DNA from: a virus
Lineage: Duplodnaviria; Heunggongvirae; Uroviricota; Caudoviricetes
Strand: one strand, 5' to 3'
DNA length: 64,000 bases
Virus record (IMG/VR): IMGVR_UViG_3300008108_000013
Shown: positions 62,001-64,000 of the stretch, piece after piece
How the letters are laid out: every line of letters begins with the position of its first letter
Position numbering within the stretch: the stretch's first letter is position 1
Position numbers and translations under genes: made by a program
The notes under the pieces: generated by a model
Told to the model about the DNA's origin: nothing
Databases searched by the model: none
The model's input: only the letters and a program-made list of their open reading frames with translations

Positions 62001-64000
62001 GGCGGCTCAAAATTGTGTACTCTCGGTATGGAGTCCTTCACGCCTTTAATTGTTACTAATACTACTTCAAGTACAAATAGATTAACCGTAGCAAATACTA
62101 GTACTTTATCGGCAGATATGCCTTTTACCTTAACTGAAACAGCATTCGGCGGATTAGCTACTGCAACACAGTATTACGTGAAAGCCGTTATTAGCGGAAC
62201 ACAGTTTACAGCCTATACAGATACTGTTACTAAAACAGAAATAACGTTAACAACTGCTACTGGCGAAATGCACCTACATAAATCTGGGTGGGATACATTT
62301 GTTGAAGGCATTACTGAAACATTTACCGGTGCTACTAGAGCAAACCCAGTAGAAATAACTACAACCGTGCCTCATGCATTTTACACAGGAATGGAAGTAT
62401 CTATTTCGGGTGTAGTTGGTATGACACAATTAAATGGAAATACATATTACGTTTCTAAAACAGGGTCAAGTACTTTTACATTATATTCAGATCCTACCTT
62501 ATTAGTGTCTGTAGATGGCACAGCTTATACTACCTATATTAGTGGTGGTACCGGGGTTGGAAAACAACCAGTATTAGAATTTTTAAACACCACATCACGA
62601 TATGTTATTGAACCAAGAGTTGTAGTAGGTACAGGATCAGGCGCAAGTGCTACAGCAGTTCAAACTCAAGGTATTTCAACTATTGCTGTTTCAACAGGCG
62701 GCGGCGGCTTTACTATTCCTCCACAGGTTATTATTAGCGGTGACGGTACCGGCTCTGGAGGATTTGGTGCAACAGCAACTTCTACAATTGAAGGTGAAGT
62801 TGAATCTGTGTTAATCTTAGATCGAGGTACAGGTTATGCTTCTCCTCCTACACTTACATTTGTTGGCGGCGGCTTACCAAACGGATCGCCAGATCATGCT
62901 ACAGCTACAGCTACTATAACCAGCACCATTAAAACTGTAGAAGTTACAGACGGTGGTACAGGCTTTACAACTCCACCTAGTGTTACAGTATCAGGTACTG
63001 GTGGCTCGGGTGCTATTATATCAGCACAGATTAGTAACGTGGTCGGTGGAGTTACATTAACCGGCGGAACAAACAGCGGCGGTTCTGGATATACCAGTGC
63101 TCCAACTGTAGAATTTATCGGCGGCGAACCTTTAGTGTTTGCCGAAGGTACTGCTGTTCTTGATGCAGAAGTAACAACAATCACAGTACAAGAAGGCGGT
63201 AGCGGATATGATGACACAACTACTTGCTTGTTGTTGGGCGGAGGCGGATTCGGTGCAACAGCAGACGTTGAAGTCGATTTTGGTAACTATGTTGCTGGAG
63301 TCACTCCCGGAGTTATCACAGGAATAATTGTTACTAATAATGGTACAGGATATGCAACACCGCCAGCAGTAGTTATTTCAGGTACAGGTGTTGATGCTGT
63401 TGCAACTTCAAATATTGAAGGATCTGTTAGCAGTATCACTATTACTAATCCAGGCCGAGGTTATCAGACAACCCCAACAATTACTTTTGCTAGCACCAGC
63501 GGTGCTGGCGCACAAGGAACTGTTACATTAACAGGTTCTGTAATTAGTTTAACAGTAGTCGATGGAGGAACCGGATGGGTTGGAACTCCAACATTAGGAT
63601 TTAGTGGCGGTGGTGGCATTAATGCAACTGCAAACGTTACAGCAATGGATAGTGTATTAGGGGAAGTTACTCTTACTAGTTCCGGTACTGGTTATACTAG
63701 TAATCCTGCAATTTCAGTCACTGGAGGCATAACATTCCCTGCTAGAAGTGCAATTCTAAGATCAAGAATCGATGGTATTGTACAAACTGTTACTGTAACT
63801 GATCCAGGTGGAAGCTATAATACATCGCCTCTAATAACATTTGCGGCAGGAAATCAATTTAAGACTCCTTTTGCCGGTAATCGTTATTATGTTAATGCTA
63901 GTGCAAGAATCGCAATCGGCATTTCACAAAAAGATCAGACATTAGCCGGAATCGAAAGATTGCGAGTTGTTGCTAGAGCAGTAGTACAAAATCTTGCTCC
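59025..64000 (+). CDS. Giant multi-domain virion fibre protein (>1658 aa, 3' end outside window; not in ORF track)
   Basis: Manual translation begins MAEFKLGRLRFVWKGTWTSGTAYVKDDIVKYGG. Contains tandem CBM5/12-like W...Y..GD.V.YGG..Y.C repeats, a beta-helix motif FYVSTDG...PWRTIKYAC, an E1-FCCH-like segment and many G-x-G-Y...P.V repeats. The frame is open at every segment checked, including the window end. Confidence 0.85.
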   Translation, partial: MAEFKLGRLRFVWKGTWTSGTAYVKDDIVKYGGTSYVCMAGHTANADFNVDITANKWQIMSAGQQWVSTPWTVSTSYKLNDLVKYGGNIYVCTSNHTSSSVTNGGFYTDETSGKWDLFSSGNEWKGIWLPSTYYKLGDLVKYNGITYVCSIPHLSETGVYSGESIDYINIVSGGLDYTSGLSLAFSAPELVGGTLPSATITVNGAGTITGITFSSYGSGYTSTPTVSVQGPTAGAGANLQAIITSSFVDGLESDLNKWEVFSEGFKWRGDWNGSQIPASRVATSYAVNDVVKFGASLYICATAHTSSASAFEENKWETFVEGLQFEDSWSAITEYQVGDIVTYGGYAYVAIARNTSQIPPNSAGFWNLLTTGFNNRSRYESTQTYKVGDLVLYGGNTFVAIEEVTTNETPNSAAAKWEKITDGFRWREDWDPTPTEATYKIGDVVKYSASTYLCIAEHVPSDVGTTITATATSSTGNQVTVSDSSLLNENQPITFTGTGFGNLNNGVTYYVKTVVDGTHITLSESLGGSTKVLLTATGSLTGTFTSRPDQDTGIFWDSFAEGDANNVLLRRGDLVTRNAIQNVRLAKGQTGSFLKAGDQDLEWDLVGRITRVFYVSTDGVDASTRGTTLSDPWRTIKYACDYVRTQVVPTVDQPAVIMVKTGVYSEEFPISVPKYTSLVGDELRMSIVQPTADTSGNDKFYMRDSTTIRNFTFRGATGANLDNGLTDTYTDANQYGTRRPTGGAWVSLDPGTGPNDENVWVGQRSPYIQNVTLFGDYCVGQKIDGSLHNGGNKSITSNDFTCVLSNSVGAWCLNQGRAELVSVFTYYGYIGYLCEAGGVIRATNGNNSYGDYGSVSEGVDPTEISRTSSVDNRRLNAIVDRVQTDGADKVIYLEYLNAGEEYTTATYGFTGSGVGNTIITTPVIQDGGVCEVRILDDGENYTSVTNNAQAGTNLDIRLGAADIALTNAYVGERIIIIDGAGSGQYAYITSFDGGSKLCTLGMESFTPLIVTNTTSSTNRLTVANTSTLSADMPFTLTETAFGGLATATQYYVKAVISGTQFTAYTDTVTKTEITLTTATGEMHLHKSGWDTFVEGITETFTGATRANPVEITTTVPHAFYTGMEVSISGVVGMTQLNGNTYYVSKTGSSTFTLYSDPTLLVSVDGTAYTTYISGGTGVGKQPVLEFLNTTSRYVIEPRVVVGTGSGASATAVQTQGISTIAVSTGGGGFTIPPQVIISGDGTGSGGFGATATSTIEGEVESVLILDRGTGYASPPTLTFVGGGLPNGSPDHATATATITSTIKTVEVTDGGTGFTTPPSVTVSGTGGSGAIISAQISNVVGGVTLTGGTNSGGSGYTSAPTVEFIGGEPLVFAEGTAVLDAEVTTITVQEGGSGYDDTTTCLLLGGGGFGATADVEVDFGNYVAGVTPGVITGIIVTNNGTGYATPPAVVISGTGVDAVATSNIEGSVSSITITNPGRGYQTTPTITFASTSGAGAQGTVTLTGSVISLTVVDGGTGWVGTPTLGFSGGGGINATANVTAMDSVLGEVTLTSSGTGYTSNPAISVTGGITFPARSAILRSRIDGIVQTVTVTDPGGSYNTSPLITFAAGNQFKTPFAGNRYYVNASARIAIGISQKDQTLAGIERLRVVARAVVQNLA

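Noticed and set aside
422-63217. Numerous short antisense or alternate-frame ORFs in the track (e.g. 11711..12121, 26714..27202, 39066..39692, 42911..43399, 62894..63217)
   Set aside because: They lie within long genes that have clear family motifs or repeats, and are typical shadow ORFs produced by codon bias.
1-64000. CRISPR array, tRNA genes, diversity-generating retroelement, inteins or stop-codon recoding
   Set aside because: No nucleotide-level spaced repeats, cloverleaves, reverse transcriptase or intein motifs were seen. Very long ORFs read through in code 11, and portal, MCP and gp46 are uninterrupted.

Overview
64 kb of a large, AT-rich, T4-superfamily-like (myovirus-type) dsDNA phage genome read in standard code 11. 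Bases 1-31048 are a minus-strand baseplate/tail-fibre block: three paralogous fibre-like proteins (one with a tail-collar domain), a gp9/10-like protein, a 4905-aa baseplate protein, and gp6-, gp25-, gp5/VgrG-, hub- and gp53-like genes. Bases 31133-36201 are a plus-strand operon behind a near-perfect sigma70 promoter: gp55-like late sigma factor, gp47/Mre11, gp46/Rad50, an Hc1-like basic protein, an SGNH hydrolase and a GIY-YIG-like nuclease. A GC-rich, densely base-paired non-coding region follows (36202-36660). Next come a gp26-like gene with an in-frame -1 slippery site, a tape-measure-like gene, the head module (portal, protease, scaffold, major capsid) and giant fibre/adhesin-like virion proteins running off the window. 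A T4-type late promoter motif, (N)ATAAATA or TAAATA, precedes many structural genes. Best novelty candidates: (1) a ~370-nt double-pseudoknot RNA immediately after the GIY-YIG gene; (2) a multibranch cluster of C(GNA)G DNA mini-hairpins inside the Rad50 coding sequence, with a second such cluster and a GATC-dense tract nearby (possible origin module); (3) a lambda G/GT-type -1 frameshift in the gp26-like gene; (4) two structured late-mRNA leaders. All family assignments come from motif recognition by eye, not from database searches.
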